Shown piece by piece: positions 17,146 to 27,494 of a stretch of 64,000 nt of DNA. Position numbers and translations under genes: made by a program. Source of the stretch: Cyanobacteriota bacterium (lineage in GTDB: Bacteria > Cyanobacteriota > Cyanobacteriia > Thermostichales > Thermostichaceae); NCBI GenBank assembly GCA_033764955.1, contig JANRIL010000011.1:82638-146637 (forward strand). The letters run 5' to 3'. The notes below the pieces were generated by a model, which saw nothing but the letters and a program-made list of their open reading frames with translations, made no database searches and had not been told where the DNA came from. Within the stretch, counting starts at the first letter, position 1. Every line of letters begins with the position of its first letter.

Positions 17146-19256
17146 GTCTTTCTCCTCAAATGTCGAATTTCAATGTCATAGGACTGGATCCACTCATGGT
17201 GGTGAAAGTAATCTTTCATGGCCTTGACGGTAGCAAGGGATCCTTTCACCTCAAGCACCTTGAGGGTCCGACCCTGGCAGGTTACTCTCATTGCTCCATC
17301 TGGCCCGATGTAACGGCAGGTATCTCCCACTCGTAGGAAAGGCAAGTATTTTCCTGGAGAGCGGGATTTAGGTTCCGGTTGTTCCAGGTGAAAGCGGAAC
17401 GGGATCCCCCAGTTGGATCCCTTGATCTCATCACTGAGCTGGATCCAGACCACCTGCATCTGCTCAGGGAAATCGGCTTGCCAAACCTGAGCCACCTCAA
17501 CAAACTCCAGCAGCATTTTTCTAGCAGCTTGATGTAGAGCATCCACCTCAATTTCAAAATCATTTCTGAGTGTCGCCGTTTGCTCTAGCACATTGATCTC
17601 TGGCTGTGGGAGTGATAGTGGGCTTTTGGGAAACTGGATCCCACCAAACGGATCAGTCAGCAGTTCATCCATGAGATCTGCTTTCTTAGGCATGGGCACT
17701 AAAAATAGGGATCCCTTCGAGCGGGTCAGTGCGACATAAAGCAGATGCAGTTCTTGTTGGGTTTGCCACTCTGTCGTAGCTAAGAATGTGGCAGGCATCG
17801 AGTCGGATTTGAGTAGAAAAACTCGCTCTGCTTCATCTCCTTTAGCCCGATGGATCGTGGCTAATACGACGTGGCTGGCAAGGGGTGCATCGTCGTCAAA
17901 CAATCCCTCAATCCGGTGGCAGAAATCTTGGACAGTGCGACACTTCAGACCGAATGCCTCAAAACAGGACTCTAGGGCGATAGAACGGTCATGAATGGAC
18001 TCAATTGCAGACTCTCTACCATCTCGCTGGTAGATTTCCACTTTGGCAGCAACGTGATTTCGCAGTTCAGACAAGAAGTTATGGGGGAAATGGTCTGCCA
18101 CATCTTTGGTCAAGGAAATCAGCATCTTACCCAGATCCCGACCCCGTACCTTGGCCGGGATCCCACTGTGAATGACCAATTTCAGGCATAAACCAATTAA
18201 GGGAGCCATGAAGCGGCAAATCACTAAATCTCCCACTTTGACCTGGTGCTTGATGCTGCCAGGATGGATCACGGAGATCATTCCCGCCGGGGCATCCGGT
18301 CGAGCCTTGATTTGAGGAACCAAGCGGGATGCCAGTGCCACATGGGATGTGGGGCAACGATAAGTAATGGAAAGTGGGAATTCCTTGGGTTGGATCGTCT
18401 CACGGATCCGTTCCCAGGATTGGTCATCAGATCCCGCGAATCCGAATATGGCTTGATGGGGATCCCCCACAAACACCATCCGCCCTGTTTCAGAGGGGAG
18501 TTTCAACACCAACTCCAACTGGGCACGGCTTAAGTCCTGAGCTTCATCCACCAAGACCCAATCTTTCTGCACGGGTTGCAGATTCAACACATGGGGTAAC
18601 CACAGCAGATCATCCAGTCCGATATTTTGTTGATCCACCCCTAAAGCTTTGCCTTGATCAAGGAGTTTGGCAGGTAAGGGAAGGAGTAATTCCAACAACG
18701 AGGGATCCGGTGTCTCCAGTCCAAAGTGTCGAATCAACGAGAGGATATTCTCTTCAGACGGATCCGTCAGGGTGATTTGCAGGTAGTGGATGATCTCTTT
18801 GAGAAATCCCCGACATTCCCGCTCGACTGATTTAAGTTCTTTGGGTGGGATGGATGAGAAATTGGGTCGTAACTGCTCCACCGCAGCCGTCGCCAGGTCG
18901 TGATACTTCGACTCGTTGCACTGAAAAGCTGACCGGAAATAGCGAGTCAGCATGAACATTCCCATCCGGTGGATCGTGCTGACGGTGATCCGTTTGGGTA
19001 GTTTGGCTGCCAGCTCTGCCGCCATGTGATTGTTAAAGGCGAGCACAGCCACTTTTTTGTCGGAAGGGATCCGACTCACTAGCCCGCGCAAAGTTTGCGT
19101 TTTACCGGATCCCGCCACCGCATTGACCAGGGCATGACCGGATCCGTGGGCTGCCCAGTCGAAAATGGCCTGTTGATAGTGGCTCCACTCCACCTCTGCA
19201 GATTCGTTTCTGGGGGTTCTGGTTCTGGTTGCTGTTGCCATGATGTGGATCCTCAA
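17142..19256 (-). CDS. UvrD/Rep-like SF1 helicase
   Basis: Close paralog of 10768-12894; real start probably MATAT. Confidence 0.92.
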   Translation of the reverse strand: MRIHIMATATRTRTPRNESAEVEWSHYQQAIFDWAAHGSGHALVNAVAGSGKTQTLRGLVSRIPSDKKVAVLAFNNHMAAELAAKLPKRITVSTIHRMGMFMLTRYFRSAFQCNESKYHDLATAAVEQLRPNFSSIPPKELKSVERECRGFLKEIIHYLQITLTDPSEENILSLIRHFGLETPDPSLLELLLPLPAKLLDQGKALGVDQQNIGLDDLLWLPHVLNLQPVQKDWVLVDEAQDLSRAQLELVLKLPSETGRMVFVGDPHQAIFGFAGSDDQSWERIRETIQPKEFPLSITYRCPTSHVALASRLVPQIKARPDAPAGMISVIHPGSIKHQVKVGDLVICRFMAPLIGLCLKLVIHSGIPAKVRGRDLGKMLISLTKDVADHFPHNFLSELRNHVAAKVEIYQRDGRESAIESIHDRSIALESCFEAFGLKCRTVQDFCHRIEGLFDDDAPLASHVVLATIHRAKGDEAERVFLLKSDSMPATFLATTEWQTQQELHLLYVALTRSKGSLFLVPMPKKADLMDELLTDPFGGIQFPKSPLSLPQPEINVLEQTATLRNDFEIEVDALHQAARKMLLEFVEVAQVWQADFPEQMQVVWIQLSDEIKGSNWGIPFRFHLEQPEPKSRSPGKYLPFLRVGDTCRYIGPDGAMRVTCQGRTLKVLEVKGSLATVKAMKDYFHHHEWIQSYDIEIRHLRRKT

Positions 19257-21436
19257 AAAGGACGAGCAGGGTTATATACAGGGGCTGCGGATGAATAGTG
19301 ACCAGAAGTGTCTTCAGGCAAGGATCCTGGTCGCTCTTCAGAATTGAGGTCAAGTTGAATAGTGACAACACTTGGCTCCAGGCAAGGATCCTGGTCACTA
19401 TTCAGCAAGCGTGGGTATGTGAAGACCTTCTTGGTGGTTTTGCCACCCCGACCGTTATGGTTGTCCACCGCCAGGGTTTCTTCGTTGACATAACCCAGTC
19501 GCCACAACTTTTTCAGGGCACGACGGGCACTGCTCCAACTGACATTGAACTCATGGGCAATCTCCTCAATCTCTCGCGGGATGTCAGGACTGCGCTCCAT
19601 GAAATCGAGCAGCCGATCTTCCAGAGGGGTCTTGCCCTCTTGATTGGGATCCTTAGGTTTGAGGATCCAGGAGAAATCCTCATCATTCAGTTCCAGGGTG
19701 TGGGTGTCGTTGCAGCCAGTGCGCGACTTATCAATCACAAGCTTGCGTTCCAAGTTGCTCGGATCCGTTTTATCCCCGTGCTTGAGCAACCAGACTTCCC
19801 CCACGTTGTCACGGATAGCGGTGGTGCCCCGCTCTATGCCCAGTTTGTTGGTGTGATGCAGCACCAGAAAGGTCGTGCCGTATTGGTTCGCCAGATCCCG
19901 TAGCTCATAAAGCACCAGGCCATAAGCGGTATCTCGCTCTTCTGCTTCACTGTGGCGATTGGTCGCAGTTAGGGAGTCGATCATCACCAGTGCAGGCTGG
20001 TATTGCTGCAACCACTTCTTTAACAATGGCAATTGCGAGAACTGCCAGTTAGTTTTGACATAAACCCACCCCGGATCCAAGTCAGGGAAGTTGGCATCTC
20101 TCAGTCGGGCAGCGCATTCTAGTTCGGGTTCATCGGATTGGATGATCAACACCCGCCCCTGTTTTACAGGCTTGCCATTCCAGGATCCGCCTTTGGCTAT
20201 GGACAGACAGAGGTGATTTGCTAATAAGGTTTTTCCCGTGCCACCATCCGCCACCAACACTACAATCGTTCCGGTGGGGAGAAAGCCAGGGATTAGGAAA
20301 GGACGACGCTCAGGCGATTTCTCTACAAACTGGTGAACTTCCAGCGGATCCTTGGTGTCTTTCTCCGCAACATGGTTCATCCACATCAAGGTGAGACGAG
20401 GCGTGGGGATCCGCACCTCACGGCTGATCAATTCCAGATGGTAGATCCGCTCTGAAGCTGACTCCAGTTGGTAAGCCCGTTCCAGTCGGGAGAGCAGATC
20501 TCCATAAACTTCCTGGGCAGGGGATTTATCGGCAATGAAGGGCATGGCTTGATTCGCGGCCTTTTGCAGATCTTCCAGGCTAAATCCACTATTGAGAGCA
20601 TCGGAGATGTCCCAGCCCTTCGGGAAGATATCCGGTGCAGGCACCTGGGCGATGCGGGCACGGGATCCCAGCTTTTTGGCTAACTTCTCGGATCCGTTTT
20701 GCCCCGGCTGGTCACGGTCATAGAAGATCATCACCTCTCCCACCAACCGCTCCAATTCCAATTGCATCGGGATGGCATTGCAGCCACAGGTGAAGGTAGC
20801 GACTGCGATATCTTGGATCCCAACCTCTCTGACTTTCCAACCCAAGAGCATGGCATCCCACTCCCCCTCACATAGCCAAGTTTGGGTTGCGCCTTCTGGT
20901 TTGTAGGTAAAGAAGACCATCGCTGGGATCCCTTTCTGTGCCCAGGCTGTGTTCCCTGTCCAGGGTGCAATGCGGCTCTTGAGGTGATAGCTGGATCCCG
21001 CATCATCTGTGGGTATGGGAATTTGCAGATGGGATCCAAACAAACTCAGCTTGTAGTGGAGCATCATGTCAGTGGTAAAGCCGCGCTTTCCTAGCCACTC
21101 TCTGGCGGCCACGGCATCAGGTGTTTTGCCATTCACCAGGATCCCGACATATTTCATCACCTGTATTTCGGTGTAGGCAGGCGGATCCTTCGCTTCGGAT
21201 GGTGATGCCAGACTAGGCTTACGTAGAACAGAATCTACAGCTTTGGGTTTGGGCTGACCTACTGCCTCACGGATCTCTTCCACCGAACACCCCGCATGGC
21301 AAAGATAGGCACCGTCGGATCCCGGCACGATAGCCAAGGATCGTTGCCTGGGTCTACGACCTTTCTTGATCTCGCAACTGGGACAGTAAGCGCGTCCATT
21401 GCGGTCAAACTCAATATGTTCACGAATGTCAAACAT
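19253..21436 (-). CDS. Primase-helicase (Zn finger, TOPRIM, AAA, wHTH)
   Basis: Close paralog of 8582-10756. Confidence 0.9.
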   Translation of the reverse strand: MFDIREHIEFDRNGRAYCPSCEIKKGRRPRQRSLAIVPGSDGAYLCHAGCSVEEIREAVGQPKPKAVDSVLRKPSLASPSEAKDPPAYTEIQVMKYVGILVNGKTPDAVAAREWLGKRGFTTDMMLHYKLSLFGSHLQIPIPTDDAGSSYHLKSRIAPWTGNTAWAQKGIPAMVFFTYKPEGATQTWLCEGEWDAMLLGWKVREVGIQDIAVATFTCGCNAIPMQLELERLVGEVMIFYDRDQPGQNGSEKLAKKLGSRARIAQVPAPDIFPKGWDISDALNSGFSLEDLQKAANQAMPFIADKSPAQEVYGDLLSRLERAYQLESASERIYHLELISREVRIPTPRLTLMWMNHVAEKDTKDPLEVHQFVEKSPERRPFLIPGFLPTGTIVVLVADGGTGKTLLANHLCLSIAKGGSWNGKPVKQGRVLIIQSDEPELECAARLRDANFPDLDPGWVYVKTNWQFSQLPLLKKWLQQYQPALVMIDSLTATNRHSEAEERDTAYGLVLYELRDLANQYGTTFLVLHHTNKLGIERGTTAIRDNVGEVWLLKHGDKTDPSNLERKLVIDKSRTGCNDTHTLELNDEDFSWILKPKDPNQEGKTPLEDRLLDFMERSPDIPREIEEIAHEFNVSWSSARRALKKLWRLGYVNEETLAVDNHNGRGGKTTKKVFTYPRLLNSDQDPCLEPSVVTIQLDLNSEERPGSLPEDTSGHYSSAAPVYNPARPF

Positions 21437-21447
21437 AGATCACCCCC

Positions 21448-21735
21448 TCAAAACAGCGGGATTTGCTTGTCAGGTGGCGGATATCGTTCCGGCCAGACTT
21501 CTTGCACAGACTTTCCCAGCAGCGCCGCAATCCCTTCTTCCACCCGCCGCGAGCGTTTGCCGTGCAGCACCCGCGAAACAGTTTGCTTGCACACTCCCAG
21601 ATGCTCTGCCACTTTCACCACCGACCAGCCCAGCATTCGCAGCTCAGACTTAATCCGCTCAACACGGAGATAGGAGTCCGCTACAGGAACCGATCCAGTC
21701 AATGGCATCTTTGAGCCAAAGTAGCTATCCGTCAT
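21448..21735 (-). CDS. Ner/Nlp-like HTH regulator
   Basis: IKSELRMLG...VWPERY; start codon uncertain. Confidence 0.8.
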   Translation of the reverse strand: MTDSYFGSKMPLTGSVPVADSYLRVERIKSELRMLGWSVVKVAEHLGVCKQTVSRVLHGKRSRRVEEGIAALLGKSVQEVWPERYPPPDKQIPLF

Positions 21736-21776
21736 ATCTGACGAACCTATTTAGAAATAGGGTTAGCGAACGAGTG

Positions 21777-21830
21777 GTCAGACAAGTCTGACTGAGTTTT
21801 AACTTTTCTCGCTGGTCAGACTTGTCTGAC
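21777..21830. promoter_or_regulatory. Two putative operators GTCAGACAAGTCTGAC and GTCAGACTTGTCTGAC
   Basis: 16-bp dyads at 21777-21792 and 21815-21830 between the divergent regulators. Confidence 0.75.
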
Positions 21831-21930
21831 TCGTATCTATGAGTTATGCTATTCATCAAAAGATGGAATAATGCTGGATGGCTAGACTATATCTCAGTCT
21901 TTTGCTCATCCTCAAGGGGTATCTCTGCTT

Positions 21931-22629
21931 ATGTCACGAACTTCGGTGAATCACCGCCTGGAAAATCTTCCCCCTGGAACCCTCCGCTACCGTCTGCGCC
22001 AGATCATGGGAGAAGGAACGATTCTGCATTTCGCTCAACGAGCTGGGATCCCAGACAGCTCCCTACGAAAGTATTTGGATGGAGCGCAACCTACCGCAGA
22101 TCGGTTGGTGGCTCTCTCAGAACAAACTGGGGTGAATTTGCATTGGCTGTTGACGGGTGAGGGATCCCAGTATCTGGAAACAGAGCCAGTCCCAGAACCG
22201 GAATCCGATGTGGTCTCTATCCCCCTGCATGATGTGGAAGCCAGTGCCGGATCCGGTGCGTTGCTGGATGCACCTGTGGAAGAGTTGGAGCGGATCGATT
22301 TTCAGCGCAGTTGGTTACAGCGGCAATTCCATACCAGTCCGGTAGGGTTGGTGTTGATCTATGTGCGGGGGGAATCGATGGAACCCACCCTACGCTCAGG
22401 GGACATTATTCTGGTAGATCGGAAAGTAACGGAGCCACGGGAAGGGATCTTTGTAGTGAGGTTGGATGGATCCCTGTTGGTGAAGCGGTTGCAGGTTTAC
22501 CCTGGACGGCGGATTGAGGTGTGTAGTGATAATCCGGCTTACAAGCCGTTTGAGTTGAATGTGAGGCAGCCGCCAGATGATTTTGCTGTGATTGGGCGGG
22601 TGTTGGGATCCATTCGCAGTCATATTTAA
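21931..22629 (+). CDS. CI-like repressor (HTH plus S24 peptidase)
   Basis: ASAGSG, GESMEP, LVKRL; paralog of 7514-8167. Confidence 0.92.
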   Translation: MSRTSVNHRLENLPPGTLRYRLRQIMGEGTILHFAQRAGIPDSSLRKYLDGAQPTADRLVALSEQTGVNLHWLLTGEGSQYLETEPVPEPESDVVSIPLHDVEASAGSGALLDAPVEELERIDFQRSWLQRQFHTSPVGLVLIYVRGESMEPTLRSGDIILVDRKVTEPREGIFVVRLDGSLLVKRLQVYPGRRIEVCSDNPAYKPFELNVRQPPDDFAVIGRVLGSIRSHI

Positions 22630-22633
22630 TCAC

Positions 22634-22761
22634 TGGTTCTCCCCGAGCGCAGCGAGGGGAGAATGCGGCGCTGAGCGGCTCGTACCTGGTTTCTCCTCGC
22701 TCCGCTTCGGGAGAACCAGGCACTCGAACAGATGCCCTACGGGTACCGCTTAGCGCCGCAT
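22634..22761. repeat. Nested inverted-repeat element (MITE/SDR-like)
   Basis: ATGCGGCGCTGAGCGG...CCGCTTAGCGCCGCAT and TGGTTCTCCC...GGGAGAACCA. Confidence 0.6.
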
Positions 22762-22821
22762 CATGCCGCTAATCTTTGGTGGAGGAAGTGTCCTGAAGAT
22801 CACTTATTGGAAGAGCGACGG

Positions 22822-23628
22822 TTATTGATACCACTGCTGATACCATTGCTGCATTTGGTTGATTTCAGCCGTTTGAGTATCGATCATCGTTTGCGCTAAT
22901 TTCTGAATTTCTGGACGATCGCTATTAGCCAACACCATTTGTGCCATCATGACACCCATCTGATGATGGGGAACCATCTCCTCAATAAAAGCACGATCAA
23001 AATCTGAGGCATTTTGTAGGGCTACCGTATTACCCAGCATAATTCTCATGCCCATACAACCCATACCAGTTTGCCACCCAGATTGAGCCATTCGTTGTCT
23101 AGGCTGCCCCCAGTTGTGGTGCATTCCCACATCAGGCATCCGTTTACTCGGTTGCAATGACCAATTTTGATCCCACTGTGACCAGTCTCTATTCCACCCC
23201 CCCATTCCCATTCCAGAAGTCCACTGTGGCACATCAGCACCGTACCACTGTCGATACCAACTCTGCATTTGCTCAATTTCTTGGGTTTGAGTCTTTTTGA
23301 TGGATTCTGCCAAGGCACGAACTTCAGGACGTTGCGATCGCTCTAGGGCTAAATCTGCCATTGCGATCGCCCCTTGGTGGTGGGGAATCATCATGACAAT
23401 AAAGTGCTGCTCTGGGTAGTTCATCATCCCTGGCATCATGGGAAACGCAGTGCCGGGAGGTGAGTTTTGCGGAGAAGAAGTCTGAGCTTGGGCTGCTGAT
23501 ATTGTGTCAGGGGAAAAGATAACTTTCAGGCTGGTATTAGATGCAGACACCATGACTAAAGCTGTAGCCACGCTACCCGCGAAAAGACCAGTCAGACTGT
23601 AAGCCAGCAATTTTCGGTAGTGCATCAC
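22822..23628 (-). CDS. DUF305 CopM-like metal-binding protein; 5' end interrupted by IS1
   Basis: Two M(I/V)PHHQ repeats, Met-rich, signal peptide; native ATG at 24410. Confidence 0.85.
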   Translation of the reverse strand: MMHYRKLLAYSLTGLFAGSVATALVMVSASNTSLKVIFSPDTISAAQAQTSSPQNSPPGTAFPMMPGMMNYPEQHFIVMMIPHHQGAIAMADLALERSQRPEVRALAESIKKTQTQEIEQMQSWYRQWYGADVPQWTSGMGMGGWNRDWSQWDQNWSLQPSKRMPDVGMHHNWGQPRQRMAQSGWQTGMGCMGMRIMLGNTVALQNASDFDRAFIEEMVPHHQMGVMMAQMVLANSDRPEIQKLAQTMIDTQTAEINQMQQWYQQWYQ

Positions 23629-24395
23629 AAAGTAATGATATCATGAAGCAGATTTTATACCATTAGATGAAATGAGCCTAATTACCTGTCCTGATTGCCA
23701 GTCATCAGAAGTTGTTAAATACGGAAAAATTCACTCAGGCAAACAAAGATATCGATGCCATTCTTGTCATCGTCAATTTGTGCTTAAACCAAATAGGATA
23801 AAAGTCTCAAGTCAAGTAAAAGCTTTCATAGATAAATTACTCCTTGAGAGACTTTCTCTGGCTGCAATAGCGAGGGTGATTGGCGTCTCTCTCACATGGC
23901 TGCAAAAATATGTCAATCGTAAGGCTCTCTTCACTTCGGAAATCATGGATATTCCTCCCACAAAACCCACTAACTTAACCCTGCAATGTGATGAGATGTG
24001 GTCATTTGTTGGGTCTAAAGCTAATCAAAAATGGGTGTGGCTAGCAATTGATGCAGATACTGGATATGTTCTTGCTGGCTACATCGGTGACAGAACGAGA
24101 AACAGTGCTCTTTGTTTGTGGAATAGGATCCCTGTTTCTCATAGGAAACACGCTCAAGTCTATACTGATTTTTGGGATGCATATCAAGGCGTTATCCCCA
24201 AAAATCAACATCATCCCGTAGGCAAAGAAACTGGAAAAACGAATCGTATAGAGCGCTTCAACAATACCTTAAGGCAGCGTATTGGTAGGCTGGTTCGTAA
24301 GGCCCTTTCCTTCTCCAAGAAGACGGAAAATCACATTTCAGCAATCTTCGGTTTTCTTCATCACCATAATGAGTCATTACTTGTGTAGGACTACC
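23616..24395 (+). mobile_element. IS1-family element, 780 bp, with 8-bp target duplication CAATTTTC
   Basis: GGTAGT...AGTAATGA terminal IRs; TSD at 23608-23615 and 24396-24403. Confidence 0.93.
23672..24388 (+). CDS. IS1-family transposase (InsAB in one frame)
   Basis: CPDC...CHSC Zn ribbon, DEMWSFVG, YTDFW, IERFNNTLRQR. Confidence 0.92.
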   Translation: MSLITCPDCQSSEVVKYGKIHSGKQRYRCHSCHRQFVLKPNRIKVSSQVKAFIDKLLLERLSLAAIARVIGVSLTWLQKYVNRKALFTSEIMDIPPTKPTNLTLQCDEMWSFVGSKANQKWVWLAIDADTGYVLAGYIGDRTRNSALCLWNRIPVSHRKHAQVYTDFWDAYQGVIPKNQHHPVGKETGKTNRIERFNNTLRQRIGRLVRKALSFSKKTENHISAIFGFLHHHNESLLV

Positions 24396-24530
24396 CAATT
24401 TTCTGTCCATAGTGGCTTATCAAGGCTACATGATCACCTTATCAGCATCTAGTGAAATGATGATAAGTCAGAAAGATATCTTTACCGTATTCTGATGCTC
24501 CTTAATACTCAAGCTCAATCCACTAGTCTG

Positions 24531-25325
24531 GGTAGTGCTAGCCGGATAAGGATGCATTGTAATGATGCAAAAAATTAAAGATCGCTCCTATATGGTTCTC
24601 TAACTTTTTGGAAAAGGACAGTCCGCGTCTCACCAATCTCGATATTCTTTGTCTAAGCGTGTTATTGAAGTGCTCAATCATATTCGTTTTTCCAGTGGTT
24701 TTGTCAACTTGCCTTAACTGTTTTTTAGACATCACTCCTCTATAACTTTTCCAGTGATCCGTGTAAAAAATTGATTGTTTACGATAAGATTTTGGTAATA
24801 GTTTCCATAAGGTCTTCGCTGACTTCTTAGAACGATCACCAACAAATACCGCCACAACTTTACGAGTTGAAGTATCCATTGCTAGCCAGATCCACTGCTC
24901 ATTTTTTTATTCCCAACAATGCTCCACATCTCATCACACTGCAGGATTGATAGGCTGACAGATCCAGGATTTTCCGGTTCTTTCTCGAGGATCCAAGCAG
25001 TCCACATATACTTGTGATTGACATAATTTTGTAGCCACTTGCTAGAGATGCGCAAAGCTCGACTTATTCCTGCTAAAGAGAGTCGTTCTAATAAGAGTCG
25101 ATCCACAATCTCAATAGTTATAGGAGAAACAGTCTGAGGTTAAGGATTTTCAATAAACTGGCGAAGGGATGCGCAACACTTATGATTTTATTTGCCGTTA
25201 TGAGTTTTACCATTCTTAACTACATTAGAAGATCCACATTGAAGGCAGGTAAGCATAGGATATAATCCAATCTTCAAGAACAGAATAATCTGTCATTTTA
25301 CTATCCTAATCCCGACATGGCTACC
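24531..25325 (-). mobile_element. Degenerate IS1-family element (transposase pseudogene about 24538-25256)
   Basis: GGTAG ends; fragmented frames with DEMWS and NNTLRQR; no target duplication. Confidence 0.85.
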
Positions 25326-25398
25326 CATACCAACGGATCCCGTTATTCTCAGAAAATTGCCAAATAAATTTACCTGGCGACGAAAGATCAATCCCAAA

Positions 25399-26946
25399 CT
25401 AATCCAAGCCATAAGTTCTCCTGTTGGTCAGAGCAATAAATCCCAAACACAAAGTGATCAGTCCTGTCACTCGAATCAAATAGTCTCCCCAGATTTGATA
25501 CACGGTGATCTCTTCTCGCACAAAGATCTTTCCAACAACCACACCTTGTTGAAAGATTTCGCCCTGCTGTTGGATCCGTCCACTGGGATCCACAATTAGG
25601 TTGCCGCCTGTGTTGTTGACAAAGACAAAACTTCGCCGATTTTCGATAGCACGAAATACTGAGAGGATCCCGTGCAAGTGAGGCCAGTTGCTATTGCCAA
25701 ACCAAATGTCATCGGAGATAGCAATGAGTAACTGAGCACCCGCATCAACCAAGTTTCTACTCGCATTAGGCAGCACGCTTTCTAAGCAGATCATCAAGCC
25801 TAACTGCCCAAACCTGTCACCCTTGAGGGGACGATAGCTATCTGGAGGGGGGATGTAACGTTGAGTCTCGAAGTAGGGAAAAAGCCACTGCTTACCGTAG
25901 CGATCTTGAAATTGACCTGTTGCATCGTAGAGCAAAGCCGAGTTGTTGAATTTCTTGGACTGATCAGGAGCATGGACATCACGAGGATCCGGTTCGGCGG
26001 CTCCGGTGATCCAGGCTCCAGTTGGGGGCAAGATCTGCTTGAGCCCCGCCAGTAGATAGGGTTCTAGGGGTGTGTTTTGCAGTCGCCCTCGCAATGCCCC
26101 TTCCGGCCAGATGATCAGTTCGGCTCCTTGTTCAACACCTTTTTGCGAGAGTGCCAGCAACTCTTGATATCGCTGGGTTCGATACTCTTGAGTGTAGGGA
26201 GATGCGGCATCGAACCAAGCAACGGGCTGCACCGCCGCAACCATGAAGAAGGGATCCGTCAGGTGAGAATACATATCCAGCCGGATCAGACCATACCCCA
26301 GCACGAGGCTCCATACCCCCAATCCGACTCCCCCTGTCATGGCGATCTGAGCGCGCCAAACACGGGGATCCCTGAACCCATTTCTCCGTTGCCGCATCAG
26401 AGTCGCCAGAGCAGCTAATGTGGCATTCATCAGCACCGCCACAAAAGTCACTCCCCAGATCCCTGTCAGGTCAGCGATTTGGATCCCTAAAGGCCAGTCG
26501 TAGAGCAAAGATCCCCAATGAAAGGGAATCGGAAACCAGACTAAACCCAGGATCCCGTCTAGCCCAGTCCAAACAGTGGCAATAGCCAATGGACGAATCC
26601 ACAAGGGGACAACCCTCGTCAATGCCAGACTGAGAACAGTAGCTGTCACATAAAATAAAGGCACGATGGGGGCAATAGCGATCCCACCCAAGATTTCCCA
26701 GGCTTCCAGCACTTTCACCGAAAAGAGATCCGGCAAAAAGACGAAGGCACAGAAGATAAACCAGACCCCAAAGCTCCAGCGCACCTGACTCCAAAAAGGG
26801 AGATTCCAAGAGAGCAATAAAAGGGGCGAAATGCCAATCAAGGCAGCCGGATAGAGATGTAACCAACGATTGGGGGATCCCAACACCAGCAGCACAACCG
26901 CCAACCCTGCCAACGCTAGGGATCCTTTGGGATGGGGGATCCTCAT
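25399..26946 (-). CDS. lnt: Apolipoprotein N-acyltransferase
   Basis: Multiple TM segments plus nitrilase domain (WPE, K, ICLES, RAIENRR). Confidence 0.88.
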   Translation of the reverse strand: MRIPHPKGSLALAGLAVVLLVLGSPNRWLHLYPAALIGISPLLLLSWNLPFWSQVRWSFGVWFIFCAFVFLPDLFSVKVLEAWEILGGIAIAPIVPLFYVTATVLSLALTRVVPLWIRPLAIATVWTGLDGILGLVWFPIPFHWGSLLYDWPLGIQIADLTGIWGVTFVAVLMNATLAALATLMRQRRNGFRDPRVWRAQIAMTGGVGLGVWSLVLGYGLIRLDMYSHLTDPFFMVAAVQPVAWFDAASPYTQEYRTQRYQELLALSQKGVEQGAELIIWPEGALRGRLQNTPLEPYLLAGLKQILPPTGAWITGAAEPDPRDVHAPDQSKKFNNSALLYDATGQFQDRYGKQWLFPYFETQRYIPPPDSYRPLKGDRFGQLGLMICLESVLPNASRNLVDAGAQLLIAISDDIWFGNSNWPHLHGILSVFRAIENRRSFVFVNNTGGNLIVDPSGRIQQQGEIFQQGVVVGKIFVREEITVYQIWGDYLIRVTGLITLCLGFIALTNRRTYGLD

Positions 26947-27215
26947 GGCTGTCCTTTCAGATAGCGGTGATCGTCAAAGTTTGGAGAAGGGAGAATGGGT
27001 GGAGAGAGATCCTGCTGGCGGCTGATCCAGATCAAACAACTGGTGAGAAAAATGCCTGTGAGCAGAGTCAGCAGAAATCGCGGGTTTGGCGGATCCGGCT
27101 TGATTTTTGTCTCGATTCGGTTATCGAGGTATGGGATCAAAGATTGGAACTGAATTAAACGCACTTCATCACCCAAAAACACAACAAAAGAGTGCAGCAG
27201 CCAATTAACCCGCAC
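26943..27215 (-). CDS. Small membrane hypothetical protein
   Basis: One TM segment; overlaps the lnt start; start uncertain. Confidence 0.4.
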   Translation of the reverse strand: MRVNWLLHSFVVFLGDEVRLIQFQSLIPYLDNRIETKIKPDPPNPRFLLTLLTGIFLTSCLIWISRQQDLSPPILPSPNFDDHRYLKGQP

Positions 27216-27230
27216 AGCAAGAGATGACTG

Positions 27231-27443
27231 TCAGAATTCTTGGTCAAGATGAAGGATCTGATCGTTGAGACTGGCTTCTACAAATTGCTCCAGAATTTTG
27301 AGATCAGTGTCGTCAAACAGCCCTTGCTCCAACAAACGCCAGAGATGTCTTTCTTGCCCAACAGAGAGGAGTCCTGTTCGCAAAGCCTCTTCACAAATGT
27401 CCTGGATGCTCCAGTTTTCCATGCAGTCCAGCACCATCCGCAT
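27231..27443 (-). CDS. Small cyanobacterial hypothetical protein
   Basis: IQDICEEALRTGLLSVGQE..LWRLL pattern; position within the operon. Confidence 0.55.
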   Translation of the reverse strand: MRMVLDCMENWSIQDICEEALRTGLLSVGQERHLWRLLEQGLFDDTDLKILEQFVEASLNDQILHLDQEF

Positions 27444-27494
27444 CGATCCGCTACGACAGGGATCAGCGTAGCCGTCAACGGTGGCAAAGTCGGG

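Noticed and set aside
24385..24395. The IS1 terminal repeat contains AGTCCTAC, and the att core contains CAGTCCT, both resembling the array motif
   Set aside because: Only 7-8 bp, lacking the GG-N3-GGGTG half and the positional rule. Treated as chance, though the att similarity is worth revisiting if the cassette model holds.
23616..25325. The two IS1 copies as a composite transposon
   Set aside because: The copies are diverged, the first has its own target duplication, and only about 135 bp lies between them.
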